Source: Candidatus Nanoarchaeia archaeon (GTDB lineage: Archaea > Nanobdellota > Nanobdellia > Woesearchaeales > JACQNA01). From it: 41,081 nucleotides of DNA. The notes below the pieces were generated by a model, which searched no databases, was not told where the DNA came from, and was given only the letters and a program-made list of their open reading frames with translations. Shown here in pieces: positions 1 through 8,877 of the stretch. The stretch covers positions 1-41,081 of the forward strand of contig DATDVW010000079.1 of the NCBI GenBank assembly GCA_035289865.1. The letters run 5' to 3'. Numbering within the stretch: the stretch's first letter is position 1; each line of letters starts with the position of its first letter. The translations under genes were made by a program, and so were the position numbers.

Positions 1-155
1 CAGCCAACAGCATGCTCAAGAGGGGAATGGGAGAGACTTTGCGGGGAAAGACCGTCGGGCAGCAGGCAAGGCACTTCTACATGAAGTGCTTTACACATAA
101 TATACTCATGAGGTGTTAAAGATGGAACTTGCAATCGAGCCAGCACGCCTACATC

Positions 156-163
156 TTTAAAAG
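156..163 (+). promoter_or_regulatory. TATA-like box (TTTAAAAG) for asnB-led operon
   Basis: A/T octamer starts 30 nt upstream of the ATG at 186. No SD between them. Same geometry recurs at other first genes in the window. Confidence 0.5.
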
Positions 164-185
164 CTGATGACGTTTCCTTTCTGTT

Positions 186-2030
186 ATGTGCGGCATCATC
201 TGCTTTAATTTTGAGGACAAAGGGCTGCTGCAGAAGGCAATGGCCACATTGTCGCACCGCGGCCCCGATGATTATGGAATGTATATGGATAGAGGGATTT
301 CTCTCGGGCACCGGCGCCTGTCCATCATTGATGTCAGCAGCAAGGGAAAGCAGCCGATGCCGGACAATACCGGGGAGGTATGGATCACCTACAACGGCGA
401 GGTGTATAATTACCGGGACATCCGCAGGGGGCTTGGCAAATACCATTTTCGGTCAGAGACCGATACTGAAGTGATCATCTCTGCGTACAAAAAGCATGGG
501 GAAAGGTGCCTTGAGCATTTTAACGGCATGTTTGCCTTCTGCATCTATGACCGGAAGAAGAGGCTGCTGTTTGCTGCGCGCGACCGGCTGGGAGTCAAGC
601 CGCTGTATTATTATTTTGACGGCACGCGGTTTATCTGTGCATCAGAAATCAAGGCGATCCTGCAGTGCAAGGAAGTGAAGCGTGCGGTGAATTCCCGGGT
701 TATTGCCGAGTATTTCGCCTACGGATTTCCGATGGGAGATGAGACTGCTTTCCAGGGAATCAGGGAATTGCCTGCCGGGCATTACCTCCTCTTTGATTTG
801 AAGAGCAAGAAGCTGAGCATCAAGAAGTACTGGAGCATCACGGAGCAGAGTGGGAAAGGAACTGCTGAGCATTATGCTGCACTGCTGCGGAAGCACCTCG
901 AGCGGGCAGTGCGGATGCGCCTGGTTTCTGATGTTCCCCTGGGAGCAACATTATCCGGCGGGCTGGACTCGAGCAGCATTGTCGCGGTGATGAGCAAAGT
1001 CGCTGAGCGCGTCAAGACCATCACGGTCGGCTATGAGGAGGGATATGACGAATTCCGCTATGCGCGCCTGGTTGCGGAACGGTGCGGGACTGAGCACCGT
1101 GAGGTTATGATCAATTTTCCTGATGTCACCCAGGCGCTTCCCCGGATTGCCTGGCACATGGATACCCCGGTCAACAAGAGCGGCACGCTCGCGACTTTTT
1201 TTCTGGCGCAGGCGCTCAAGAAGCAGGTCACTGTTGCGCTGATCGGGGAGGGGTCTGATGAGATATTCGGCGGATATCCCCGCCACCGGCTGTTTGCTCC
1301 TGAGCGGCCGACGCTGCGGGAATTTGGCAATATTCGGAGGCGCGGGCTGTACTACTCCCATTTCACCGCCCTGCGGATGCTGCCGCTGCCCCAGCGCCTC
1401 AGAAGCACAAACCTTTCCCTGTTTAGCGAGCATGAGCGGGCAGCAGCATGCCGGACAGGCGCCCCTCCGCTAGATACTATGCTAAAAGGGTATATGCATG
1501 GGGCTACCGCGCAAAACGCCCTCAATAGGTTCCTCATATTTGAGTTGCAGAAGACGCTTCCCCAGCTCCAATTGGCGCGGATAGACAAGATGAGCATGGC
1601 GCATGCAGTGGAAGCGCGCGTTCCGTTCCTGGACTATCGGTTGGCGGAGTTCTCCATGACGATTCCCTCGCGCTTCAAGATGCGGCGATATGAGGTAAAA
1701 GACATCCTCAAGAAAAGCGTACAGGACCTGCTTCCGCGGGAGATCCTGCAGCGGGAGAAGATGGGGCTGCGCACTCCCCTTGAGCACTGGTTCCGGCATG
1801 AATTCATGGAAATTGCGCCGCACCTGCTTGCAGATATCGATAAAAGAAAATATATCAACGCCCGGTATGTCCGCAGGCTCCTCAGCAACGTCAAGCCGGC
1901 AGTGGACTTCAAAGGATACCGCTTCAAGCGGAACATCAGCCAGCTCTGGTTCCTCTGTATGCTGGAGATCTGGCACAAGCTTTTTATGGAGCAGGAAAAA
2001 CCCAGGCTGGAGATGAGGCATTACCTATGA
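186..2030 (+). CDS. asnB: Asparagine synthase (glutamine-hydrolysing) family amidotransferase
   Basis: N-terminal MCGI (Cys2 Ntn nucleophile), PP-loop 'LSGGLDSSSIV', 614 aa typical length. Stop overlaps next start (ATGA at 2027). Confidence 0.9.
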   Translation: MCGIICFNFEDKGLLQKAMATLSHRGPDDYGMYMDRGISLGHRRLSIIDVSSKGKQPMPDNTGEVWITYNGEVYNYRDIRRGLGKYHFRSETDTEVIISAYKKHGERCLEHFNGMFAFCIYDRKKRLLFAARDRLGVKPLYYYFDGTRFICASEIKAILQCKEVKRAVNSRVIAEYFAYGFPMGDETAFQGIRELPAGHYLLFDLKSKKLSIKKYWSITEQSGKGTAEHYAALLRKHLERAVRMRLVSDVPLGATLSGGLDSSSIVAVMSKVAERVKTITVGYEEGYDEFRYARLVAERCGTEHREVMINFPDVTQALPRIAWHMDTPVNKSGTLATFFLAQALKKQVTVALIGEGSDEIFGGYPRHRLFAPERPTLREFGNIRRRGLYYSHFTALRMLPLPQRLRSTNLSLFSEHERAAACRTGAPPLDTMLKGYMHGATAQNALNRFLIFELQKTLPQLQLARIDKMSMAHAVEARVPFLDYRLAEFSMTIPSRFKMRRYEVKDILKKSVQDLLPREILQREKMGLRTPLEHWFRHEFMEIAPHLLADIDKRKYINARYVRRLLSNVKPAVDFKGYRFKRNISQLWFLCMLEIWHKLFMEQEKPRLEMRHYL

Positions 2031-2761
2031 TCTCCCTTCAGGAGCTCCGGCAGGTGACCATGAAGAAGGGAAGGAAACCCTGGCTCTACTGGCTGTTCCA
2101 CCGGAGAGTCGCCTTATACTTCGCCTGGCTCTTCCTGCATACGCCCATCACTGCAAACCAGGTGACGCTGCTGTCGGTGTTCGCCGGGCTTGTGGCAGCT
2201 GCGCTGTTTGGGAGCGGGGAGTACCGGCTTGCGGTCATCGCCGCAGTCATGTACCAACTCCATTATATCCTGGACAGCGTTGACGGGCAGATGGCGCGGT
2301 ATACGAAAAGCGACCAGAATCCGGTCGGGCTCTATTATGACCGGCTCGGCTCGTATTTTGTGGAGTCCATGGTGTATCTGGGTATCGGCATCGGGGCATA
2401 CCAGCGGTTTGACGAAGTGATGTACTTGTTCCTGGGATTTTCCATGTCGCTCTCCTGGCTGTTTTATAAGATAACCATCGGAGACAAATACCGGATTTAT
2501 GCGGAGAAGGGCATTGTGATGCAGAGGCCAGCACCGGGGGCAGGGCGTGCGCAGGTAGAAACCGGCATTCTCGTGCTGCTCAAGCAGGGGTTTGATGCAG
2601 TCGGCACCCTGACCCGGAATCCGACGGTGTTCTCGATCATCACTGTCGCCGCATTTTTCCATTATACCCACATTGCCCTGGTGTACGGCCTGGTGTTTCC
2701 CTTCGTGGCCCTGGGAAGCTTCCTCTACGAATCGAGAATAAAGTTTAAATACGCACAGTAA
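2027..2761 (+). CDS. CDP-alcohol phosphatidyltransferase-family polytopic membrane protein
   Basis: 'LDSVDGQMAR-x9-GLYYD' matches D-x2-DG-x2-AR...G-x3-D. Several hydrophobic helices. The last Asp of the motif appears replaced ('DRLGS'). Confidence 0.7.
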   Translation: MISLQELRQVTMKKGRKPWLYWLFHRRVALYFAWLFLHTPITANQVTLLSVFAGLVAAALFGSGEYRLAVIAAVMYQLHYILDSVDGQMARYTKSDQNPVGLYYDRLGSYFVESMVYLGIGIGAYQRFDEVMYLFLGFSMSLSWLFYKITIGDKYRIYAEKGIVMQRPAPGAGRAQVETGILVLLKQGFDAVGTLTRNPTVFSIITVAAFFHYTHIALVYGLVFPFVALGSFLYESRIKFKYAQ

Positions 2762-2773
2762 CACCGCCCCTGC

Positions 2774-3910
2774 ATGAAACAGTTCTCCACAGCATACACG
2801 CGGAAAGATAAGATAGAATTCATCATTGATGATGACGCAGAGATGCGGTGGATTGGCAGGTTCCCCCTCAGCCAGCAGCGGATATTTGCGGTGATGGACA
2901 GTGGGGTGGAGCATCCGTGGGGAGCGCTCCTCAGAAAACGCCTGGCAGAGAAGGGGAAGGAGCTGTTTTTCTTCCTGGTTGATGCCCGGGAGTCCAGCAA
3001 GTCACTCTCCTTCTATCCGCAGCTTGTTGATTTCCTGGAGCAGCATCGGTGCAATCTCGGCGATCTCGTCATGGCGATCGGAGGGGGGGTGGTGATTGAC
3101 CTAGTGAGCTTTACTGCTTCTACCTATATGCGGGGGCTGCCCTTTGTGGCCATCCCCACCACGCTGATCGGGCAGATTGACGCAGCAACCGCAGGAAAGA
3201 CCTGCCTGAACACTGCTCACGGCAAGAACGTGCTCGGCACCTTCTATTATCCCCTGGTCTCCTACAGCAACATCCATTTCCTGAAGACGAACAGCGCTTA
3301 TTACCTCCGGCAGGGCTATGCGGAGGCATTTAAGTATGGGCTGCTGGGCTCGCCCCAGCTGGTTTCGCTGATTGAGAGGCATGGGCTGCAGCCTGCTGAC
3401 GGCCCGCTGATGGAGATCATGAAGCTGGCCATGGAGACGAGGATCCGCATCCGCAAGCGGCATCCGCTGGCGAGCAACCTCGGGCATACCTTCGGCCATG
3501 CGCTGGAGAAGATGTCCGGCTTTGCGATGCTGCATGGGGATGCCATCAGCGCAGGGACGGCAGTGGCGATGCACTTCGCCGAGCAGCAGGGGATCATGAA
3601 GCGGGAGGAGCGGCTCCGGATTATGGGGATGATGAAAGGGATTGGGCTGAATATGTACATAGACCAGCGCACTGATCCGGACCAATGGGTGGACTTGATG
3701 ATGCGCGATAAGAAGGCAACAGCAGCAGAGATCGGCCTCGTCCTTATCCGCGGCGTGGGGAAGCCGTATGAGAAGGAGGGAAAGGCATTCTATCCTGTGC
3801 AGCCCGGGGCATTGCGCTCATTTTTGAAAGAGTTTATAAAGAAATACCCATATGCCGTCCCCCACTGCGCCGCTTTCCTGAGGAATGAGCGGATCGCATA
3901 TCGGGGGTAA
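2774..3910 (+). CDS. 3-dehydroquinate-synthase-family enzyme (sugar-phosphate cyclase superfamily; substrate not assignable)
   Basis: 'AIGGGVVIDLVSFTASTYMRGLPFVAIPTTLIGQIDAATAGKT', 'LGHTFGHALE' and 'HGDAISAG' are the nucleotide and metal-binding motifs of DHQS/EEVS/DOIS enzymes. Confidence 0.8.
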   Translation: MKQFSTAYTRKDKIEFIIDDDAEMRWIGRFPLSQQRIFAVMDSGVEHPWGALLRKRLAEKGKELFFFLVDARESSKSLSFYPQLVDFLEQHRCNLGDLVMAIGGGVVIDLVSFTASTYMRGLPFVAIPTTLIGQIDAATAGKTCLNTAHGKNVLGTFYYPLVSYSNIHFLKTNSAYYLRQGYAEAFKYGLLGSPQLVSLIERHGLQPADGPLMEIMKLAMETRIRIRKRHPLASNLGHTFGHALEKMSGFAMLHGDAISAGTAVAMHFAEQQGIMKREERLRIMGMMKGIGLNMYIDQRTDPDQWVDLMMRDKKATAAEIGLVLIRGVGKPYEKEGKAFYPVQPGALRSFLKEFIKKYPYAVPHCAAFLRNERIAYRG

Positions 3911-3912
3911 GC

Positions 3913-4350
3913 ATGATTACCAGCATCAACCATATGAGCTTTACGGTGCGCGATCTCGACCAGGCGGTGCGCTTCTACCATGAGGTGCTGGGCCTGGAGA
4001 TCGTGAGCATTGCGGAGCGCCCTCCCGAGTTTTCAGAGAAAGCAACCGGGGTAAAAGGGGCGCATCTCCGTATCGCATACCTGAAATCCCTGAACGGCGC
4101 GATTGAGCTTATCCAGTATCTCGCTCCGCCCGGAGGGAAGCGGATCGCTGCGCGCAATGATGTCGGGAGCAGCCACGTCTGCTTCAATGTCGCAGATTTT
4201 TCTGCCATGGTGCAGAGGCTGCAGAAGCATAATGCCCAGCTGGTGCATCCGCCACTGGAGATTCCCGCAGGGCCGAACCAGGGGAAGCGGATGCTCTATT
4301 TTGAGGATCCGGACGGCAACACCCTGGAATTCATCGAGGTGCTGCCATGA
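3913..4350 (+). CDS. VOC (glyoxalase/bleomycin-resistance/dioxygenase) superfamily protein
   Basis: 'INHMSFTVRDLDQAVRFYHEVLGLE' ... 'SHVCF' ... 'YFEDPDGNTLEF'. 145 aa, starts 2 nt after the cyclase stop. Confidence 0.8.
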   Translation: MITSINHMSFTVRDLDQAVRFYHEVLGLEIVSIAERPPEFSEKATGVKGAHLRIAYLKSLNGAIELIQYLAPPGGKRIAARNDVGSSHVCFNVADFSAMVQRLQKHNAQLVHPPLEIPAGPNQGKRMLYFEDPDGNTLEFIEVLP

Positions 4351-5402
4351 AGCCACGAATAGGCATTAACGGGTTTGGCAGGATCGGCAGGGCGATATTC
4401 CGCATCAACCAGAAATACGGCCTGTTCGACATTGCGGCAATTAATGATGTCAATCCGGACAAGCGGAACATTGCGTATCTCCTGAAATATGACACCACCT
4501 ACGGGAAGGCGCCGTTCGATGTGGCAGCGAATGATCATTCGCTCATTGCGGACGGCAAGCAGACTGCATTGTACCATCAGCAAAGCATCGCGGACGTTCC
4601 CTGGGACGCGCACGGCGCTGAAGTGGTCGTTGACGCGTCAGGCATCCATAAGAACCTCCAGGATATGGAAAAGCTGCGCGGCAGGGTGAGGAACTTCATC
4701 GTGACTAATATCCCGCATGAGGTGAAGCATTCAGTCATCTTCGGCTGCAATGAGGACGCGCTGGATCCAAAAAATAATTTTATCATCTCCGCAAACATCT
4801 GCGATGCCATCGCCACCGGGCCTATCCTCAGGGTAATCGAGTCTGCGCGGCGCATCACCAGCGGGTTTCTGACGACACTGCATCCCTGGCTCTCCTACCA
4901 GAACCTGGTGGACGGCGCTTCAGCATCATGGTCGCGGCCGGGGGATATCTTCTCGCATTATGCGCTGGGAAGGGCTTCGCCCATGAACATCATCCCCAAG
5001 TCCACCTCTGCGATGTATGCGGTGGAGCTGGCGATGCCCCATCTCACCAACAAGATATTCTCGCACTCGTTCCGCGTGCCCACCAGCATCGTGTCCTGCG
5101 CAGACCTGATCCTGACGATTGACCGGGAGTTGAGCAGGGAGGAGCTGATACGGTTATTTGAGGATTTTGAGCAGAAGCAGCAGCATAAGATCATCCGCAA
5201 TTCTACTGAGCCGCTTACGTCGCTCGACTACAAGGGGGAGGAGTATTCCGCCATCATCGACCACCGCTGGACAAAAGTCATTGATGGCAAGACAATCAAG
5301 CTGGTGTACTGGTATGACAATGAGTGGGGGTACAGCTGTAGGGTGGTGGATTTGTTGAAAAGATTGTCTGATTTATATGAGAGAACACCAAAATCTTTAT
5401 AA
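4347..5402 (+). CDS. Class-I glyceraldehyde-3-P / erythrose-4-P dehydrogenase-like oxidoreductase (divergent)
   Basis: 'IGINGFGRIGR' Rossmann motif, catalytic Cys in 'ISANICDAIA', 'TTLH', 'FRVPT', 'WYDNEWGYS'. ATGA overlap with the VOC gene. Confidence 0.8.
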   Translation: MKPRIGINGFGRIGRAIFRINQKYGLFDIAAINDVNPDKRNIAYLLKYDTTYGKAPFDVAANDHSLIADGKQTALYHQQSIADVPWDAHGAEVVVDASGIHKNLQDMEKLRGRVRNFIVTNIPHEVKHSVIFGCNEDALDPKNNFIISANICDAIATGPILRVIESARRITSGFLTTLHPWLSYQNLVDGASASWSRPGDIFSHYALGRASPMNIIPKSTSAMYAVELAMPHLTNKIFSHSFRVPTSIVSCADLILTIDRELSREELIRLFEDFEQKQQHKIIRNSTEPLTSLDYKGEEYSAIIDHRWTKVIDGKTIKLVYWYDNEWGYSCRVVDLLKRLSDLYERTPKSL

Positions 5403-5436
5403 AAACGGCGGGAATTGTGCTCTTTGGGGGAATGTA

Positions 5437-6111
5437 ATGAGCCTACTCGTTTTAGCCCGCCACGGAGAGCATGAGTATAATGCCCAAGGCCTTGCCTGCG
5501 GCACCGCTGAGGCGCATTTAACAGACAAAGGGCGGCAGGAGGCGCGGGATTTGGGGGCGCGCTGCAAAGAATCCTGCCTGGTATTTGATGTTGCTACGAC
5601 AAGCCCATTGGTGCGGTGTGTTGAGACCATGCAGGGCTTTGAAGAGGCATACGGAAATGTGCCGCGACATGAAACGATTATTCGTGCGCAAGAGCATGAT
5701 TACGGCAGGTTGGAAGGGAAGAATGTGAAAGAGGTACTTGACCTTCCTACGTGGACAGTTGACGATGTATATCGCTTGCAGCAGGATAGCAAACAGCCGT
5801 TGCGGGAGTTTCTTGTTGAGCCCTGGAGTAATGTGTGCAGGAGAGGTATGTTTTCTGCAGAGGCGATGAGAGAGTTAGCAGCCGACAGTCATCAAGGCGG
5901 CCAACATAACATTATTCATTTCGGCCATGGGCTGTTGAATAGCGTTATCGCCCATTATATACTCTATCCAGAAGCTATGATACCAGACCCCATGATGAGG
6001 CCGTACCATGCAGGCACGGGCCAATACCATTCCTTTGAGATGAATGGCGCAGGCAGAGTAGTGCGGTGGAAGTCGGCGAAAGGAACGGAATGGGTTGAGC
6101 TCGCGGAATAA
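5437..6111 (+). CDS. Histidine phosphatase (phosphoglycerate-mutase-like) family protein
   Basis: 'LVLARHGEHEYN' RHG motif and a later 'FGHG' His. Start moved to the ATG at 5437 ('MSLLVLARHGE'), which is preceded by a GGGGG purine run. The upstream part of the ORF overlaps the previous gene. Confidence 0.7.
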   Translation: MSLLVLARHGEHEYNAQGLACGTAEAHLTDKGRQEARDLGARCKESCLVFDVATTSPLVRCVETMQGFEEAYGNVPRHETIIRAQEHDYGRLEGKNVKEVLDLPTWTVDDVYRLQQDSKQPLREFLVEPWSNVCRRGMFSAEAMRELAADSHQGGQHNIIHFGHGLLNSVIAHYILYPEAMIPDPMMRPYHAGTGQYHSFEMNGAGRVVRWKSAKGTEWVELAE

Positions 6112-6134
6112 CATATTGTTCAGGAGATAAATCC

Positions 6135-6142
6135 TTATAAAT
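6135..6142 (+). promoter_or_regulatory. Possible internal TATA-like box (TTATAAAT) ahead of the glycerate-kinase gene
   Basis: Starts 30 nt upstream of the ATG at 6165, inside the 53-nt gap after the phosphatase gene. Confidence 0.35.
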
Positions 6143-6164
6143 TTCTTGAGAATGTCCCGTATGT

Positions 6165-7403
6165 ATGAAGAAAATAGTAGTTGCATCCAGCGGCTTCAAG
6201 GATGTATTCGATCCTATCGAGACTGCGGAAATGCTCAGGAAAGTGGTGCAGCAGGCGTTTCCTGATGCGGCGGTCACCGCTGTCCCCATGGCAGACGGCG
6301 GTGAATGGTCAACTGAGGTGCTGAGCGGGCATCTGGGGCTGCCGAAAGTGGCTGTCTCCGGTGTGATTGACCCAAGGGGTATGTTGAGGACAGCAGAATA
6401 CGTGCTGCTTGATCCCCAGACTGCATTCATCGCCGCCTCGGCGATCGTTCGGCTGCCACCGGAGCTTTCTGCACACAAGAATCCGCTCCATTTGACGAGC
6501 TATGGCTACGGGCAGCTGATCCGGCACGCGATTGCGCATGGCTGCACAAAGATTTATCTGGGCATGGGGGGAACCAGCACGGTTGACGGCGGCATCGGCA
6601 TGGCGCAGGCACTGGGAATGCCATTCATCTACGATGATCCTGCTATTGCAGCAAAGCGGTACCTGACCGGCGGTGATCTGCCCCATATCTTAGGGGTTGC
6701 GCTGCATCCTGCGCTGGTAGAGAAATACAAAGATGTTTCTGTAGAGGTGCTCTGCGACTCTGGCGTAAATCTGCACCAGCTGTATGTGGTGACCAAGCTC
6801 AAGGTTAGTGATGAGTTCGCTGAGCAGCGCGAGCAGATCGTTGCGCTGCTGAATGCCGGGCTGCTGCAGTACAGCGCGAGGATAAGCAACTATCTTGCGG
6901 CAGCCGACTCCCGGCGTAGCGTGGACATTCACGCCCTGGACCGGCAGCAATCCGTCGGGAATTCCGGCGGCATGATCCTCAGCCTGCTGCCGCTCTTTGA
7001 TGTGCGGCTGTCCAAGGGTGTGGAGTTCTTTTATGAGCGGCTGGGAGTGCGGCAGCTGATTCAGGACGCTGACCTGGTTATTACCGGTGAGGGCAGGCTG
7101 GAGGAGAGCAGCCTATTGCAGAAAACGCCGACCGGCATCAGCAGGCTGGCGCAGCAACACCAGAAGCCCGTGCTGTATCTTGTCGGGGACATTGATGAGA
7201 CGTACCGGCAGCAGCTGGAGGCGCCGATTGCCAGGAATATGCCTCCAGCATTTGCGGAGAGCGGGATTTCCGCGGTGCTCAGCTGCCATCCGCTCTATGC
7301 AAATGTCCCTGCGGACTATGAGCAGCGGATGGCATATTACCGGGAGCAGACGCCGCAGATCCTGCAGCAGCTGCTTGCAAAATGGGGCAGGGGAAGTTTT
7401 TAA
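6165..7403 (+). CDS. Glycerate kinase family (GlxK/GarK type) protein
   Basis: 'MKKIVVASSGFKD', 'PMADGGEWS' and 'VITGEGRLEESSLLQKTP' are signature blocks of the Gly_kinase family. Confidence 0.8.
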   Translation: MKKIVVASSGFKDVFDPIETAEMLRKVVQQAFPDAAVTAVPMADGGEWSTEVLSGHLGLPKVAVSGVIDPRGMLRTAEYVLLDPQTAFIAASAIVRLPPELSAHKNPLHLTSYGYGQLIRHAIAHGCTKIYLGMGGTSTVDGGIGMAQALGMPFIYDDPAIAAKRYLTGGDLPHILGVALHPALVEKYKDVSVEVLCDSGVNLHQLYVVTKLKVSDEFAEQREQIVALLNAGLLQYSARISNYLAAADSRRSVDIHALDRQQSVGNSGGMILSLLPLFDVRLSKGVEFFYERLGVRQLIQDADLVITGEGRLEESSLLQKTPTGISRLAQQHQKPVLYLVGDIDETYRQQLEAPIARNMPPAFAESGISAVLSCHPLYANVPADYEQRMAYYREQTPQILQQLLAKWGRGSF

Positions 7404-7427
7404 TAGCAGGGCATATTCTTCCAGGGC

Positions 7428-8141
7428 ATGGGAGACATTGCGCTCATCGTCGGGGGAGGCTCGGGCATCGGCAAGGCATGCGCCAGGCGCTTTGCAGAGC
7501 AGGGCTATCCGGTCGCTATCGCCGGGCACCAGGCCGGGCCGCTGGAGGCGGCGGCTTCCGGGATCGGATGCAAGGCGTATCCTGTTGACGTCCGCTCGAG
7601 TGCCAGCATCCAGCAGATGATGCGGCAGATTGCCGCTGACGGGCATCAGGTGCGCATCCTCGTGAATACTGCAGGCATCAATGCCACCCAACGGAGCTTT
7701 GCGCAGATGGATGATGCCCAAAGCGAGGATATCATCCGGACCAACCTTACCGGAGCGGTGCACCTCAGCAGGGCAGTAATCAGCGAGATGCGGAAATCCG
7801 GCGGCGGGAGCATCATCCACCTCGGATCGAGCGCCGGTGTCCGGGCGAGTGCATTGTCCGGTGTCGCCTATTCTGCCACCAAGCGGGCATTGTTCTCATT
7901 GGTGCGATCCATCAACCTGGAGGAGGCAAAGAACGGCATCCGGGCGACGGTGATCGCTCCGGCAACGGTCAATACCGATCTGCTGCTGTCCCGGCCGATG
8001 GTGCCGAGCGAGGAGGAGCGGAAGCAGGCGCTGCAGCCCGAGGACATCGCGCAGATGGCATATTTTGTCGCGACGCAGCCCAAGCATGTGGTGATTGACC
8101 GCATGGTCGTCACCTCGGGCAGAGAGGTGGAGTGGGTATGA
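7428..8141 (+). CDS. Short-chain dehydrogenase/reductase (SDR)
   Basis: 'VGGGSGIGKA' cofactor motif, 'NTAGI', catalytic 'YSATK'. Confidence 0.85.
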   Translation: MGDIALIVGGGSGIGKACARRFAEQGYPVAIAGHQAGPLEAAASGIGCKAYPVDVRSSASIQQMMRQIAADGHQVRILVNTAGINATQRSFAQMDDAQSEDIIRTNLTGAVHLSRAVISEMRKSGGGSIIHLGSSAGVRASALSGVAYSATKRALFSLVRSINLEEAKNGIRATVIAPATVNTDLLLSRPMVPSEEERKQALQPEDIAQMAYFVATQPKHVVIDRMVVTSGREVEWV

Positions 8142-8142
8142 C

Positions 8143-8877
8143 ATGATCGTCGTCATTTGCGCTGCCGGGCAGGGAAAGCGGCTGGCAAGCCTCAACCTGG
8201 AGATACCCAAGCCGCTGATGGTGATCGGCGGAAAATCGCTGCTGCAGCGGCAGCTCGATAATATCACCAGAAACAAAGATATCAGCAAGATAGTGATTGT
8301 TGTGGGCTACAAGGCAGAGATGATTGAGCAGGCAATCGGCCATTCCCACAACGGGATTCCTGTTGTGTACGTATTCAGCGAATACTACTGGACCAAGGGA
8401 AATATGTCAAGCTTATGGGCTGCCCGGGAGCATATCACCGATGATTTGGTGTTTACTGTCGGCGACCTGGTGATCAACACCGAGAATGTCCGGCGGATCA
8501 TGGAGGCAGGGCATGAGGCGAGCATGCTGGTTGATGCGAGCGATGAGGCAAAGCAGCGGCCTGATCTCCTCAAGGCAAAATGCATCGGGGGAAGGGTCGT
8601 GGGGCTGCAGAAACGCATGGCTGCACAGGACATCTATGGTGCTGCCGGAGGGTACTACAAATTCCGGCTTGGGGCAGCGCGGAGATTCTATGATATCATC
8701 GGCAGCCACTTTGCACGGGGCGAGGTTGACCTGCCGTTTAATGTTCCCATTGAGGAGCTCTGCCAGGCCCAGGAGGTCGTTCCGGTGCTTACGGACGGCA
8801 CATTCTGCAATGATGTGGACGAGCCCGAGGACATTACTCTTGTTACTGAAGGGTTGAAGGAGATTGAGCGGCGTTAG
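8143..8877 (+). CDS. Nucleotidyltransferase (sugar/alcohol-phosphate NTP transferase, LicC/IPCT/GlmU-N-like)
   Basis: 'MIVVICAAGQGKRL' (G-x-G-x-R signature), about 245 aa. Start set at the ATG at 8143, 1 nt after the SDR stop. Confidence 0.75.
   Translation: MIVVICAAGQGKRLASLNLEIPKPLMVIGGKSLLQRQLDNITRNKDISKIVIVVGYKAEMIEQAIGHSHNGIPVVYVFSEYYWTKGNMSSLWAAREHITDDLVFTVGDLVINTENVRRIMEAGHEASMLVDASDEAKQRPDLLKAKCIGGRVVGLQKRMAAQDIYGAAGGYYKFRLGAARRFYDIIGSHFARGEVDLPFNVPIEELCQAQEVVPVLTDGTFCNDVDEPEDITLVTEGLKEIERR

Noticed and set aside
1-98. Possible 5'-truncated minus-strand ORF starting at ATG 98 ('MCKALHVEVPCLLPDG...')
   Set aside because: Only about 32 codons are visible. There is no recognisable motif and no convincing promoter geometry, so it cannot be supported.
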